Shown here in pieces: positions 39,152 through 50,214 of a DNA stretch of 64,000 bases. Location of the stretch: positions 3,909-67,908 of the forward strand of contig JAYRYA010000015.1 of NCBI GenBank assembly GCA_041917255.1, in the 5' to 3' direction. The notes under the pieces were generated by a model that worked only from the letters and a program-made list of their open reading frames with translations, had not been told where the DNA came from and made no database searches. The position numbers and the translations under genes were made by a program. The stretch comes from Zoogloea sp. (GTDB lineage: Bacteria > Pseudomonadota > Gammaproteobacteria > Burkholderiales > Rhodocyclaceae). Position 1 is the stretch's first letter; each line of letters begins with the position of its first letter.

Positions 39152-40119
39152 GCGGGCCGGTGCTGGTGTGCGGCGTGGCCAGCGAATCGCCACTGGCGAT
39201 GGCCATCGAGGCGGCCGGCCGCCTCGGCATCGACTGCCGGGTGATCGACCAGCGCAGCCTCGCCGGGCAGGACATCGAGGCGGGCGTGCGGGGCGGTCAG
39301 CTGTTTGCCCGCTGGTGGGATGGGGCGTCCGAGCTGGACCTGGCCCGCTGCGGCGGCGCCTATTCCCGGCTCGTGCCCGCCAGCCTGCTCCGCGACGCGC
39401 CCGCCGACCCGCACGGGGTGATGCATCATCATTACCTGGTCGATGCCCTCAACGCCTGGCTGGAGGCCGCGCCGATCCGCGTGGCCAACCGGATGGCCGC
39501 AGGCATGTCGAACGCATCCAAGCCCTGGCAGGCGCGGCTGATCCGCGACGCGGGCTTCGCGGTGCCGCCGTCCATCGTCACCAACGACCCGGAGACCGTG
39601 CGGGCCTTTCGCCGCCTCCATGGCGAGGTGGTGTTCAAGTCGGCCAGCGGCGTGCGCTCCATCGTCACCCGGCTGGACGACGCCCACGATGCGACGCTGG
39701 AGCGCATCCGCGCGCTGCCGACGCTCTTCCAGGCCTTCGTGCCCGGCGTGAACTACCGGGTGCATGTGGTAGGCGAAGGCGTGTTCTGTACGCGGGTCGA
39801 TTCGGATGCCACCGACTACCGCTACGCCAGCCGCGAGGGGACGAGTGCCGAGATGCACCCCGACAGCCTCCCGGCCGACGTGGCCCGGCGCTGCGTGGCG
39901 CTGGCGGCGGGGATGGGGCTGGAACTCGCGGGCATCGACCTGAAGCGTCAGCCCGACGGGCAGTTCGTGTGCTTCGAGGTCAATCCGTCTCCGGCGTATA
40001 GTTGTTTCGACCGCGAATCGGCCGAAGCGGTGGCCGAGGCGCTGGTGATCCACCTTTCCGGAGGGAGCCGTCGTGGAAGTCATCGAAAACGCCACCCAGC
40101 TGAAAGCGCGCCTGCTTGA
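39148..40119 (+). CDS. RimK/MvdD-like ATP-grasp peptide ligase
   Basis: NASKPWQ, GFAVPPSIVTN, VVFKS, LFQAFV, RVHVVG, DYR, GIDL, FEVNP. Confidence 0.88.
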   Translation: MSGPVLVCGVASESPLAMAIEAAGRLGIDCRVIDQRSLAGQDIEAGVRGGQLFARWWDGASELDLARCGGAYSRLVPASLLRDAPADPHGVMHHHYLVDALNAWLEAAPIRVANRMAAGMSNASKPWQARLIRDAGFAVPPSIVTNDPETVRAFRRLHGEVVFKSASGVRSIVTRLDDAHDATLERIRALPTLFQAFVPGVNYRVHVVGEGVFCTRVDSDATDYRYASREGTSAEMHPDSLPADVARRCVALAAGMGLELAGIDLKRQPDGQFVCFEVNPSPAYSCFDRESAEAVAEALVIHLSGGSRRGSHRKRHPAESAPA

Positions 40120-40366
40120 TGCCGCCGAAGACCTGGCCCGGCCAGGCTGGCAGCGCCTGAACCTGGAAGTGGTCCATGCTGCTGCGGCCGGCGATCTGCC
40201 GAGCCTGATCGACGCGTCGGCAGGGACGGTGCTCAGCGCGCTGGTTCCGCCAGCCGACCGGGCGCGCATCACCGGCCTTGCCCCCGGCGCGGTCCTGCAC
40301 ATGCAGCTCCGCCTGCGGGCCCCCGGCGTTCACACCGTCGTCACGGGAACGCTGCAAGCGGAATGA
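40073..40366 (+). CDS. Small hypothetical protein
   Basis: GTG start with GGAGGGAG RBS, overlapping the ligase 3' end. Confidence 0.55.
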   Translation: MEVIENATQLKARLLDAAEDLARPGWQRLNLEVVHAAAAGDLPSLIDASAGTVLSALVPPADRARITGLAPGAVLHMQLRLRAPGVHTVVTGTLQAE

Positions 40367-40502
40367 GGTCTGCCACGACCCACGCCCACCCTTGACGACG
40401 CTTAACAATCGCATCGTGTAGCATAGGCCGCTGCTCGTATCCGGCCCGTTGCCGGGTATCTTCCCGGCTGTTTTTGTCCGGGCGCGTTCCGGAAAAGTCT
40501 CC

Positions 40503-41786
40503 ATGTCCAGCTCGTCAAACGCTTCGTCTCCGTCCCCTCTCCCCGCATCGCCTTCCAAGAAACGTCGCCTCTGGCCCTACCTCGTGGGGTTGGCCCTGAT
40601 GGCCGCGGGCGGGTGGTATGCCACGCACCGGTCCGGGTCGGACGCTGAGGGCGGCGGCAAGCCGGCGGAAGGGCGTCGCGGCGGGCCGGGTGGCCCTGGC
40701 GGACGGGGCGACCGGCCGATTCCGGTGACGCTGGAGACCATCGCCACCCGCGACGTGCGCGTGGTGGTGCCGGCGCTGGGCAGTGTGGTGCCGCGCAACC
40801 AGGTGGTGGTGCGCGCGCGGGTGGATGGCCCGCTGCTGGCGGTGAAATTTACCGAAGGCCAGCCGGTGAAGGCCGGCGAGGTGCTCGCCCTGATCGACCC
40901 GGAACCCTTCAAGGCCACGCTGGAGCAGGCCCGCGGCGCCCTCGCCCGGGACGCCGCGCTGCTCAAGAACGCCAGGATCGACCTCGAGCGCTACCGCGGC
41001 CTGCTGGCCCAGGATTCCATCGCCAAACAGCAAGTGGACACCCAGGAGGCGCTGGTGCGCCAGTACCAGGGCACCGTGCAGGCCGACGAGGCCGCGCTGA
41101 GGAGCGCCGAGCTGCAGCTCTCCTACACCACCATCAAGGCGCCGATTGCCGGCCGTGCGGGCCTGCGCACCGTCGATCCGGGCAACATCGTCAAGGCGTC
41201 GGACAGCACCGGGCTCGTCACCATCGCCCAGGTCACGCCGATCACCGCCGTCTTCGCGGTGCCGGAGGACCGCCTGCCGGCCATCATGGCGCGGGTGAAG
41301 TCCGGCGCCGGGCTGGGGGTCGAGGCCTGGGACCGGGACATGAAGCAGCGCCTCGCCGAAGGCCGGCTGCTGGCGGTGGACAGCCTCATCGACACCACCA
41401 CCGGCACCGTCAAGCTGAAGGCCGAGTTCGCCAACAAGGACGGCAGCCTGTTCCCCAACCAGTTCGTCAATGTGCGACTGCTGCTCGACACCCTTACCGG
41501 CGTGGTGGCGGTGCCCACCGCCGCGCTCCAGCAGGGGGCCAAGGGGCGCTTCGTGTATCGCCTGGGCGAGGGTGGCAAGGTGGCCGCGGTGCCGGTGAAG
41601 CTCGGCGCCACGGATGCCGGGGTGGCGGTGGTCGAGGACGGCCTCGCTGCCGGCGACAAGGTGGTGGTGGATGGCCTCGACAAGCTGAAGGATGGCGCGA
41701 TGGTGGAGGCCATCGACCCGAAGGCGGCGGATGCGCCGGGACGCGAGAAGAAGCGTGGCAATGGCGGCGGCCGGCCGGGGCATTGA
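40503..41786 (+). CDS. mdtA: RND efflux membrane-fusion protein, MdtA/MuxA family
   Basis: ALGSV, VRARVDG, IKAPIAGRAGLR, TGTVKLKAEF, LFPNQFVNV. Confidence 0.9.
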   Translation: MSSSSNASSPSPLPASPSKKRRLWPYLVGLALMAAGGWYATHRSGSDAEGGGKPAEGRRGGPGGPGGRGDRPIPVTLETIATRDVRVVVPALGSVVPRNQVVVRARVDGPLLAVKFTEGQPVKAGEVLALIDPEPFKATLEQARGALARDAALLKNARIDLERYRGLLAQDSIAKQQVDTQEALVRQYQGTVQADEAALRSAELQLSYTTIKAPIAGRAGLRTVDPGNIVKASDSTGLVTIAQVTPITAVFAVPEDRLPAIMARVKSGAGLGVEAWDRDMKQRLAEGRLLAVDSLIDTTTGTVKLKAEFANKDGSLFPNQFVNVRLLLDTLTGVVAVPTAALQQGAKGRFVYRLGEGGKVAAVPVKLGATDAGVAVVEDGLAAGDKVVVDGLDKLKDGAMVEAIDPKAADAPGREKKRGNGGGRPGH

Positions 41787-41852
41787 GCGGATGGGTCACC
41801 AGTCTGTGAGGGCGAGCCGCATCGCCCGCCGTGCCGACCGGGGGCGCGCAGC

Positions 41853-44800
41853 ATGAATCCCTCCCGCCTCTTCATCCTTCGCCCGGTGGCCACGTCGCTG
41901 CTGATGGTGGCGATCCTGCTGGCGGGCCTCGTGGCCTACCGGCTGCTGCCGATCTCGGCGCTGCCCGAGGTCGATTACCCCACCATCCAGGTCAAGACGC
42001 TGTACCCCGGCGCCAGCCCCGATGTGATGACCTCGGCCATCACCGCGCCGCTGGAGCGCCAGTTCGGCCAGATGCCGGGGCTGGACGAGATGACGTCCAC
42101 CAGCTCGGGCGGGGCGTCGGTCATCACCCTGCGCTTCACTCTTTCGATGGGGCTGGACGTGGCCGAGCAGCAGGTGCAGGCGGCGATCAACGCCGCGTCC
42201 AACCTGCTGCCCACCGACCTGCCCGCGCCGCCCACCTACAGCAAGGTCAATCCGGCCGACGCGCCCATCCTCACCCTGGCGGTGAGTTCGCCCAGTCTGC
42301 CGATCACCCGCATCCACGATCTGGTGGAAAGTCGCCTCGCCCAGAAGATCGCCCAGGTGCCCGGCGTGGGCCTGGTGAGCATTGCCGGTGGGCGCCGCCC
42401 GGCGGTGCGGGTGCAGGTCAATCCCACCGCCGCCGCGGCCTATGGGCTGGGGCTGGAGGACATCCGCACGGCCATCGCCAACGCCAACGTCACCCAGGCC
42501 AAGGGCAGCTTCGACGGCCCCCAGCGTGCCTCGACCATCGACGCCAACGACCAGCTGCGTTCGGCGGATGAATACGCCAAGCTCATCGTCGCCTACAAGA
42601 ACGGCAACCCCATCCGCCTTTCCGACGTGGCCACGCTGGTGGATGGCGCCGAGAACCTGCGCCTCGCCGCCTGGGCCGACCGTCAGGACGCGGTAATCAT
42701 CAACGTCCAGCGTCAGCCCGGCGCCAACGTGATCGAGGTGGCCGACAAGGTGACGGCGCTGCTCCCGCAGATGACCGCCAGCCTGCCCGCGTCGCTGGAC
42801 GTGCGGGTCATCAACGACCGCACCACCACCATCCGCGCCTCGGTGCACGACGTGCAGATCGAGCTGGTGCTGGCGGTGGCGCTGGTGGTGATGGTGATCT
42901 TCCTGTTCCTGCGCAGCGTGCCGGCCACCATCATCCCCAGCGTGGCGGTGCCCCTGTCCATCGTCGGCACCTTCGGGGTGATGTACCTGGCCGGCTTCAG
43001 CCTCAACAACCTCACCCTGATGGCGCTCACCATCTCCACCGGCTTCGTGGTGGACGACGCCATCGTGATGATCGAGAACATCGCCCGCTACGTGGAGGAG
43101 GGCGAATCGCCGATGGAGGCGGCGCTGAAGGGCGCGAAGCAGATCGGCTTCACCATCATCTCGCTCACCTTCTCGCTGATCGCGGTGCTGATTCCGCTGC
43201 TCTTCATGGCCGACGTGGTGGGGCGGCTGTTCCGGGAGTTCGCCATTACCATGGCCATCGCCATCCTCATCTCGGCGGTGGTGTCCCTCACCCTCACGCC
43301 GATGATGTGCGCGCGGCTCCTCAAGCACGTGCCCGAGGGCCAGCAGGGCTGGTTCTACAAAACGATGGGCGACTTCTTCGACCGGGTGATCGCCCGCTAC
43401 GGGGTGATGCTCGAATGGGTGCTGGCGCGGCAGGGACTCACCCTGCTGGTGGCGCTGGGCACCCTGGCGCTCACCGTGCTGCTGTATGTCTTCGTGCCCA
43501 AGGGTTTCTTTCCGGTGCAGGACACCGGCGCGATCCAGGGCATCACCGAGGCCGACCAGTCGATCTCCTTCGGCGCCATGTCCGAGCGCCAGCAGGCGGT
43601 GGCCGAGGTGGTGCTGAAAGACCCGGCGGTGGCCGGGCTGTCATCCTTCATCGGCGTGGACGGCACCAATGCGACGCTGAACAGCGGCCGCATGCTCATC
43701 AGCCTCAAGCCCAAGGCCGAGCGTGGCGCCAGCGCGGCGGAAGTGATCCGTCGCCTGCAGCCCGAGCTGCAGAAGGTCGCTGGCATCACCCTCTACATGC
43801 AGCCGGTGCAGGATCTGTCCATCGAAGACCGGGTAAGCCGCACCCAGTATCAGTTCTCGATGATGGCGCCGGACGCCGCGCTGCTCTCCGAATGGGTGCC
43901 GAAGCTGCTCGAGCGCATGCGCGGCCTGCCCCAGCTCGCCGACGTGGCCTCGGATCTGCAGGACAAGGGCCTGCAAGCGTGGATCGAGATCGACCGGGCC
44001 AGCGCCGCGCGGCTGGGGGTGAGCACCGCCGCCATCGACGCCGCCCTCTACAACGCCTACGGCCAGCGGCTGATCTCGACCATCTTCACCCAGACCACCC
44101 AATACCGGGTGGTGCTGGAAGTGAAGCCCGAGTTCCGCGGCACGCCGGATGCCATCGCCAAGCTCTACGTGGCCGGCACCGGCGGCGCCCAGGTCCCCCT
44201 GTCGTCGGTGGTCAAGGTGAGCGAGCGCCCGGCCAGCCTGGCGGTGAATCACCTGGGGCAGTTCCCGGCGGCCACGCTGTCCTTCAACCTTGCCCCCGGC
44301 GCCGCGCTGGGCGACGCGGTGGACGCGATCCGCGCCGCCGAAGCCGAGCTGGGCATGCCGGTGAGCATCGAGACCTACTTCCAGGGCGCCGCGCTGGCCT
44401 TCCAGTCGTCCCTCACCAGCACGCTGCTGCTGATCCTCGCCGCGGTGGTCACCATGTACATCGTGCTGGGCGTGCTCTATGAGAGCTACATCCACCCGGT
44501 GACCATCCTGTCCACGCTGCCCTCCGCCGGCGTGGGCGCCTTGCTGGCCCTGCTGGTGGCCCGCACCGAGCTGGGCATCGTGGGCATCATCGGCATCGTG
44601 CTCCTGATCGGCATCGTCAAGAAGAACGCGATCATGATGATCGACTTCGCGCTGGATGCGCAGCGCAGCAGCGGCCTGGGCCCCCGCGAGGCGATCTTCC
44701 AGGCCTGCCTGCTGCGCTTCCGCCCGATCCTGATGACCACCCTCGCGGCGCTCCTGGGCGCGCTGCCGCTGATGCTGGGGAGTGGCGTCGGCTCCGAACT

Positions 44801-44933
44801 GCGCCAGCCCCTGGGCATCACCCTGGTCGGCGGGCTGCTGGTGAGCCAGGTGCTGACGCTGTTCACCACGCCGGTGATCTATCTGGCCTTCGACCGCCTC
44901 GCGCGGCGGGTGAAGGGGGAGGGCGCAGCGTGA
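41853..44933 (+). CDS. mdtB: RND permease MdtB/MuxB
   Basis: [39 protein letters not shown]. Confidence 0.93.
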   Translation: MNPSRLFILRPVATSLLMVAILLAGLVAYRLLPISALPEVDYPTIQVKTLYPGASPDVMTSAITAPLERQFGQMPGLDEMTSTSSGGASVITLRFTLSMGLDVAEQQVQAAINAASNLLPTDLPAPPTYSKVNPADAPILTLAVSSPSLPITRIHDLVESRLAQKIAQVPGVGLVSIAGGRRPAVRVQVNPTAAAAYGLGLEDIRTAIANANVTQAKGSFDGPQRASTIDANDQLRSADEYAKLIVAYKNGNPIRLSDVATLVDGAENLRLAAWADRQDAVIINVQRQPGANVIEVADKVTALLPQMTASLPASLDVRVINDRTTTIRASVHDVQIELVLAVALVVMVIFLFLRSVPATIIPSVAVPLSIVGTFGVMYLAGFSLNNLTLMALTISTGFVVDDAIVMIENIARYVEEGESPMEAALKGAKQIGFTIISLTFSLIAVLIPLLFMADVVGRLFREFAITMAIAILISAVVSLTLTPMMCARLLKHVPEGQQGWFYKTMGDFFDRVIARYGVMLEWVLARQGLTLLVALGTLALTVLLYVFVPKGFFPVQDTGAIQGITEADQSISFGAMSERQQAVAEVVLKDPAVAGLSSFIGVDGTNATLNSGRMLISLKPKAERGASAAEVIRRLQPELQKVAGITLYMQPVQDLSIEDRVSRTQYQFSMMAPDAALLSEWVPKLLERMRGLPQLADVASDLQDKGLQAWIEIDRASAARLGVSTAAIDAALYNAYGQRLISTIFTQTTQYRVVLEVKPEFRGTPDAIAKLYVAGTGGAQVPLSSVVKVSERPASLAVNHLGQFPAATLSFNLAPGAALGDAVDAIRAAEAELGMPVSIETYFQGAALAFQSSLTSTLLLILAAVVTMYIVLGVLYESYIHPVTILSTLPSAGVGALLALLVARTELGIVGIIGIVLLIGIVKKNAIMMIDFALDAQRSSGLGPREAIFQACLLRFRPILMTTLAALLGALPLMLGSGVGSELRQPLGITLVGGLLVSQVLTLFTTPVIYLAFDRLARRVKGEGAA

Positions 44934-44946
44934 GCGGAGGGCCACG

Positions 44947-45453
44947 CCCTGTAGGGGCGACTTCAGTCGCCCGACGCGGGGTGAATCCGTGGTCAGGCGT
45001 CTGTTGTGTGGCGCGGTCGATGACCTCTCGTTGGCCGGGACTCGCCCCGGCGGGCGACTTCCTTTCTTGCGTCGCCAAGAAAGGAAGCAAAGAAGGCGAC
45101 CCGGCTTCACCGGTCATTCGCTGCGCGAATGACTCCCCTGCGCTGCTCGAAGTGGGCGGCCGGCGCGGAACTCGCCGGCTGCGCCGGCTCAGACAGCCGC
45201 GCCGGACTTCCCCGCCCACTTCTCCGCTGCTCGGCGGCTCAGACGGGCTTTCCGGAATCACCGAGCCCGGGCTGGGGCTGTGGTCAGGATTGAACGGGGG
45301 GAGAAAAGCAGATGCTCTCGGCGCGTTCGATCGCAATGGTCGCCCGCCGGGGGCGAATTCCCCGGCCAATCCCTGCTTATCGAACGCTCGGAACGAATTG
45401 ACCGGCGTCACCCGTCGAGCCCACGTTGGGCGACTGAAGTCGCCCCTACAGGG
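44947..45453. repeat. REP-bounded palindromic insert (GTAG-type REP pair in inverted orientation)
   Basis: CCCTGTAGGGGCGACTTCAGTCGCCCGACG (44947-44976) and its near-perfect reverse complement (45424-45453); multiple internal hairpins. Confidence 0.8.
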
Positions 45454-45528
45454 GCGGCCGATGTGTGAGTCGGTCAGGGGAGGGCGCGGTCCATTCCTCA
45501 CCTGGGGGAAAAGAGGGGGCGCCACCCC

Positions 45529-48500
45529 ATGAACCTCTCCCGCCTCTTCATCTTCCGCCCCGTCGCCACCACGCTCCTCACCCTCGCCATCGCCCTGGCG
45601 GGGGCGATTGCGTTCCGGCTGCTGCCGGTGGCGCCGCTGCCGCAGGTGGAATACCCCACCATCTCCGTCTCTGCCAGCCTGCCCGGCGCGAGCCCGGAGG
45701 TGATGGCGTCGACGGTGGCCGGGCCGCTGGAGCGCATCCTCGGGCAGATCGCCGGGGTCACCGAGATGACCTCCACCAGCACCCTCGGCTCCACCCGGGT
45801 GACGCTGCAGTTCGACCTCTCCCGCAGCATCGACGGCGCCGCCCGCGAGGTGCAGGCGGCCATCAACGCGGCGCGCAGCCAGCTGCCCACCAGCCTGCCC
45901 GGCAACCCCACCTATCGCAAGGTGAACCCGGCCGACACGCCGATCATGATCCTGGCGCTCACCTCGGCCACGATGTCCCAAGGGCAGCTCTACGATGCGG
46001 CCTCCACCGTGCTCGCCCAGCGCCTGGCGCAGGTGGAGGGGGTGGGGCAGGTGAGCATCGGTGGCAGCTCGCTGCCGGCGGTGCGTGTCGAGCTGGACCC
46101 GGATCGCCTTGCCGGCAACGGGATCAACCTGGATGACGTGCGCACTGCCATCGTCGGCGCCAACGCCAACCGGCCCAAGGGCGTGCTGGAGGACGACGCC
46201 CACGCCTGGCAGGTGGGTGCCAACGATCAGGCCCGTACCGCCGACGACTACAAGCCCCTCATCGTTTCGTGGAAGAACGGCGCCGCGGTGCGCCTCGCCG
46301 ATGTGGCGCGGGTGCGCGACGGGGTCGAGAACGACCGCAACTACGGGTACGCCAATGGGCGCCCGGCGGTGCTCTTGATGATCAACCGCCAGCCCGGCGC
46401 CAACATCATCGAGACGGTGGATCGGGTCAATGAACTGCTGCCGCGCCTGTCGGCCAGCATCTCGCCGGCCATCGACCTGACCGTGGTGATGGACCGCACG
46501 CCCACCATCCGCGGTTCGCTGAAGGAGGTGGAGCGCACCCTGATGATCTCGGTGGCGCTGGTGGTGATGGTGGTCTTCCTGTTCCTGAGGAGCGCTCGCG
46601 CCACGCTGATCCCCAGCGTGGTGGTGCCGGTGTCGCTGGTGGGCACCTTTGCGGTGATGTACCTGGCCGGCTACAGCCTCGACAACCTGTCGCTGATGGC
46701 GCTCACCATCGCCACCGGCTTCGTGGTGGACGACGCCATCGTGGTGCTGGAGAACATCGCCCGCCACGTGGACGAGGGCATGTCGCCGCGCCGCGCCGCG
46801 CTCAAAGGGGCGCGGGAGATCGGCTTTACCGTGGTGTCCATGAGCCTGTCGCTGATCGCCGCCTTCATCCCCATCCTCGCCATGGGCGGGCTGGTGGGGC
46901 GGCTGTTCCGGGAGTTCGCGGTGACGCTGTCGGCGGCGATCCTGGTGTCGATGGTGGTGTCGCTCACCGCCACGCCGATGATGTGCGCCCGCCTGCTGCG
47001 CCCGCGCCCGGCAGACGGCGCGCCACGCAGCCGCTTCGACCGCCTCGCCGGCGGCGCCCTCGATGCGCTGGTGGCCGGCTACCGGCGCAGCCTGGGCTGG
47101 GCGCTGGATCATCGTTGGCCGGTGCTGCTGGTGCTGGCGGCCACCATCGGTTTCAATGTTTACCTCTACAACACCATCCCGAAGGGCTTCTTCCCGCAGC
47201 AGGACACGGGCCGCCTGCGGGGCTTCGTCGAGGCCGATCAGGCGATCTCCTTCCAGGCCATGAAGGCCAAGATGGACAGCTTCCTCGCCATCGTCGGCGC
47301 CGATCCCGCGGTGGATACCGTCACCGGCTTCACCGGCGGCAGCCAGCGCAACTACGGGTCGATGTTCATCACCCTCAAGCCCATCGGCGAGCGCAAGGAG
47401 AGCGCCGACGCCATCGTCGGGCGACTCCGCAAGAAGCTCGCCCATGTGCCCGGCGCCAACCTGTACCTGAGCCCGGTGCAGGACATCCGGATCGGCGGAC
47501 GCTCCAGCAACTCGGCCTACCAATTCACCCTGCAGTCCGACAGCCTGGACGAGCTGCGCCTGTGGGAGCCACGCATCCGCAACGCCATGAGCCGGCTCGA
47601 CGAGATCGTGGATGTCTCCACCGACCAGCAGGACGCCGGCCCGCAGACCAGCGTGGTGATCGACCGGGACGCCGTGGCCCGCCAGGGGCTGACCATGCGC
47701 GCCGTCACCACGGCCCTCAACAACGCCTATGGCCAGCGTCAGGTGTCCACCATCTACAACCCGCTCAACCAGTATCGGGTGGTGATGGAGGCCATGCCGA
47801 GCTACCTGCAGGGGCCGGATTCCCTCGCCCAGCTCACGCTGGTGTCGCCCACCGGCGGGCTGGTGCCCCTGTCGGCCATCGCCCGCTTCGAGACCACGCT
47901 GGCGCCCCTGTCAGTCAATCACCAGGGCGGCTCGGCCGCCTCGACGATCAGCTTCGGGCTGCCCGAGGGCGGATCCATCGGCACCGCCACCGTGGCGATC
48001 AACGACGCGCTGGCCAGGATCGGCGTGCCGGTGGGCATCCGCACCAGCTTCGAGGGTTCGGCCGGCGCCTTCCAGAAATCCATGAGCACCCAGCCGCTGC
48101 TGATCCTCGCCGCGCTGGTGACGATCTACATCGTGCTGGGCATCCTCTACGAGAGCCTGATCCATCCGATCACCATCCTGTCCACCCTGCCCTCGGCCGG
48201 CGTGGGGGCGCTCCTGGCGCTGATGGCGGTGGACATGGAGTTCAGCCTGATCGCGATGATCGGGGTGATCCTGCTCATCGGCATCGTCAAGAAGAACGCC
48301 ATCATGATGATCGACGTGGCCCTGGAGATCATGCACGACGAGGCCGCCAGCGCCCGCGACGCCATCCACCGCGCCTGCGTGCTGCGCTTCCGGCCGATCC
48401 TGATGACCACCCTGGCCGCGCTGTTCGGGGCGATCCCGCTGGCCATCGGCGCGGGCGACGGCGCCGAGCTGCGCCAGCCCCTGGGCATCGCCATCGTCGG

Positions 48501-48636
48501 CGGCCTGATCCTGAGCCAGATCCTCACGCTGTACACCACGCCGGTGGTCTTCGTGGCCCTGGCCCGGTTTGCCCGCGGAACGAAGCAATACAAGACTGGC
48601 GCCGTGATCGAACCGGTGCTGGATGGAGCACGCTGA
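45529..48636 (+). CDS. mdtC: RND permease MdtC/MuxC
   Basis: [38 protein letters not shown]. Confidence 0.93.
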   Translation: MNLSRLFIFRPVATTLLTLAIALAGAIAFRLLPVAPLPQVEYPTISVSASLPGASPEVMASTVAGPLERILGQIAGVTEMTSTSTLGSTRVTLQFDLSRSIDGAAREVQAAINAARSQLPTSLPGNPTYRKVNPADTPIMILALTSATMSQGQLYDAASTVLAQRLAQVEGVGQVSIGGSSLPAVRVELDPDRLAGNGINLDDVRTAIVGANANRPKGVLEDDAHAWQVGANDQARTADDYKPLIVSWKNGAAVRLADVARVRDGVENDRNYGYANGRPAVLLMINRQPGANIIETVDRVNELLPRLSASISPAIDLTVVMDRTPTIRGSLKEVERTLMISVALVVMVVFLFLRSARATLIPSVVVPVSLVGTFAVMYLAGYSLDNLSLMALTIATGFVVDDAIVVLENIARHVDEGMSPRRAALKGAREIGFTVVSMSLSLIAAFIPILAMGGLVGRLFREFAVTLSAAILVSMVVSLTATPMMCARLLRPRPADGAPRSRFDRLAGGALDALVAGYRRSLGWALDHRWPVLLVLAATIGFNVYLYNTIPKGFFPQQDTGRLRGFVEADQAISFQAMKAKMDSFLAIVGADPAVDTVTGFTGGSQRNYGSMFITLKPIGERKESADAIVGRLRKKLAHVPGANLYLSPVQDIRIGGRSSNSAYQFTLQSDSLDELRLWEPRIRNAMSRLDEIVDVSTDQQDAGPQTSVVIDRDAVARQGLTMRAVTTALNNAYGQRQVSTIYNPLNQYRVVMEAMPSYLQGPDSLAQLTLVSPTGGLVPLSAIARFETTLAPLSVNHQGGSAASTISFGLPEGGSIGTATVAINDALARIGVPVGIRTSFEGSAGAFQKSMSTQPLLILAALVTIYIVLGILYESLIHPITILSTLPSAGVGALLALMAVDMEFSLIAMIGVILLIGIVKKNAIMMIDVALEIMHDEAASARDAIHRACVLRFRPILMTTLAALFGAIPLAIGAGDGAELRQPLGIAIVGGLILSQILTLYTTPVVFVALARFARGTKQYKTGAVIEPVLDGAR

Positions 48637-48638
48637 AC

Positions 48639-50099
48639 ATGAAACGCCCGCGCATTCCCCGCATCCCCTTCCGTCGCCAGCCAGGCCCCCGGTCAGACCT
48701 GCGGGGGATGACCCTCGTCGCGGCGCTGTGTCTTTCCGCCTGTTCCATCGGCCCCGACTACGTCCGCCCGACCGTCGACACCCCCGCCGCCTTCAAGGAA
48801 GCCGGCGACTGGAAGCCCGCCGCGCCCCAGAGCCCTGCAGCCGGCGACACCTGGTGGACCGCCTTCGGCGACCCGGTGCTCGATGCGCTGCAGGCCCAGG
48901 TGGAGGTCTCCAACCAGAACCTGCGCGCCGCCGAAGCCCAGTTCCGCCAGGCCCAGGCCCTGGCCGATGCGGCCCGGGCGAGCGGGTTCCCGACCCTCAA
49001 CGCCACCGCCGGTGCCACCCGCTCGGCCACCTCGGCGGCCACCGACGCGGCTGGCAGCGCGCCGCCCCGCAACAGCTTCAACCTGGGCGCCACCGCCAGC
49101 TGGGAGGCCGACGTGTGGGGCCGCATCGCCCGTAACCTCGAGGCCGCCGACCTGCGCGCCAGCGCCAGCGATGCGGACCTCGCCGCCGCGCGCCTCTCAG
49201 CCCACGCCAGCCTCGCCCAGAGCTACTTCCAGCTGCGCGCCGCGGATCGCCAGAAGCAGCTCCTCGACGCGGCGGTGGTGGCCTACGAACGCTCTCTCAG
49301 GCTCACCCGCAACCGCTACGCTGCCGGCGTGGCGGGCAAGGCCGACGTGGTCCAGGCCGAAAGCACGCTCCGCAGCGCCCGCGCCTCGGCGCTGGACGCG
49401 GCGCTCTCGCGCAGCCAGTTTGAACACGCCATCGCGGTGCTGGTGGGCAAGGCCCCAGCGGACTTCGCCATCGCCCCGGTGGAGGGGCTGCTGCCTGTGG
49501 CCATCGTGCCGGTCACGCTGCCCTCCACGCTGCTGGAACGCCGGCCCGACGTCGCCGCCGCCGAGCGCCGCGTCGCTGCCGCCAACGCCGCCATCGGTGC
49601 CGCCCAGGCCGCGCGCTTCCCGGTGCTGGGGCTCACCGCGTCGGCGGGTTTCCGCCGCTCCGACATCGCCGACCTCATCACCGCCCCCAGCCGCTATTGG
49701 TCCCTCGGCCCCACGCTGGCCGCGACGATCTTCGATGCCGGCGCCAAGAAAGCCGCGGTCGGCCAGGCCCAGGCCAGCTGGGAGCAGGCCGTCGCCACCT
49801 ACCGCCAGACCGTGCTGGTGGCGTTCCAGGAGGTCGAGGACAACCTCGCCGCCGCCCGCTACCTGGAGGCCGCCGCGGCGGAGCAGGCCGCCGCCGTCGC
49901 CGCCGCCGCCGAAGCCGAGACCATCGCCGAGAACCAGTACCGCGCCGGTACCGTGAGCTACCTCAACGTGGTCACCGCCCAGGCCACCCACCTCGCCGCC
50001 CGCCGCACCGCCAACGACTTCGCCGCCCGTCGCCTGGTGGCCGCGGTGCAGCTGGCGAAGAACGCCGGGGGCGGGGTGGGCAGGCCGGTCAATCCGTGA
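48639..50099 (+). CDS. Efflux outer-membrane lipoprotein (NodT/OprM family)
   Basis: LSAC lipobox, GPDYVRP, WW..FGDPVL, WEADVWG, LLERRPDV. Confidence 0.9.
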   Translation: MKRPRIPRIPFRRQPGPRSDLRGMTLVAALCLSACSIGPDYVRPTVDTPAAFKEAGDWKPAAPQSPAAGDTWWTAFGDPVLDALQAQVEVSNQNLRAAEAQFRQAQALADAARASGFPTLNATAGATRSATSAATDAAGSAPPRNSFNLGATASWEADVWGRIARNLEAADLRASASDADLAAARLSAHASLAQSYFQLRAADRQKQLLDAAVVAYERSLRLTRNRYAAGVAGKADVVQAESTLRSARASALDAALSRSQFEHAIAVLVGKAPADFAIAPVEGLLPVAIVPVTLPSTLLERRPDVAAAERRVAAANAAIGAAQAARFPVLGLTASAGFRRSDIADLITAPSRYWSLGPTLAATIFDAGAKKAAVGQAQASWEQAVATYRQTVLVAFQEVEDNLAAARYLEAAAAEQAAAVAAAAEAETIAENQYRAGTVSYLNVVTAQATHLAARRTANDFAARRLVAAVQLAKNAGGGVGRPVNP

Positions 50100-50214
50100 T
50101 CTTCGCCCGCTCTGTCGCCGATCACTTGAACTTTCGTCACTTTCCTTCCTCCATACTTGGAGTATGGTGCAGTGCACAACCCAATGTCTGCACGGTGATT
50201 GAAGGAGTTCGACC

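Noticed and set aside
44930-45532. 200-aa ORF bridging mdtB and mdtC
   Set aside because: It lies wholly in the palindromic repeat insert and the translation is not protein-like.
46983-48638. Apparent 1038-aa ORF fused to the outer-membrane factor
   Set aside because: The first half is an off-frame shadow of mdtC; the real gene starts at about 48639.
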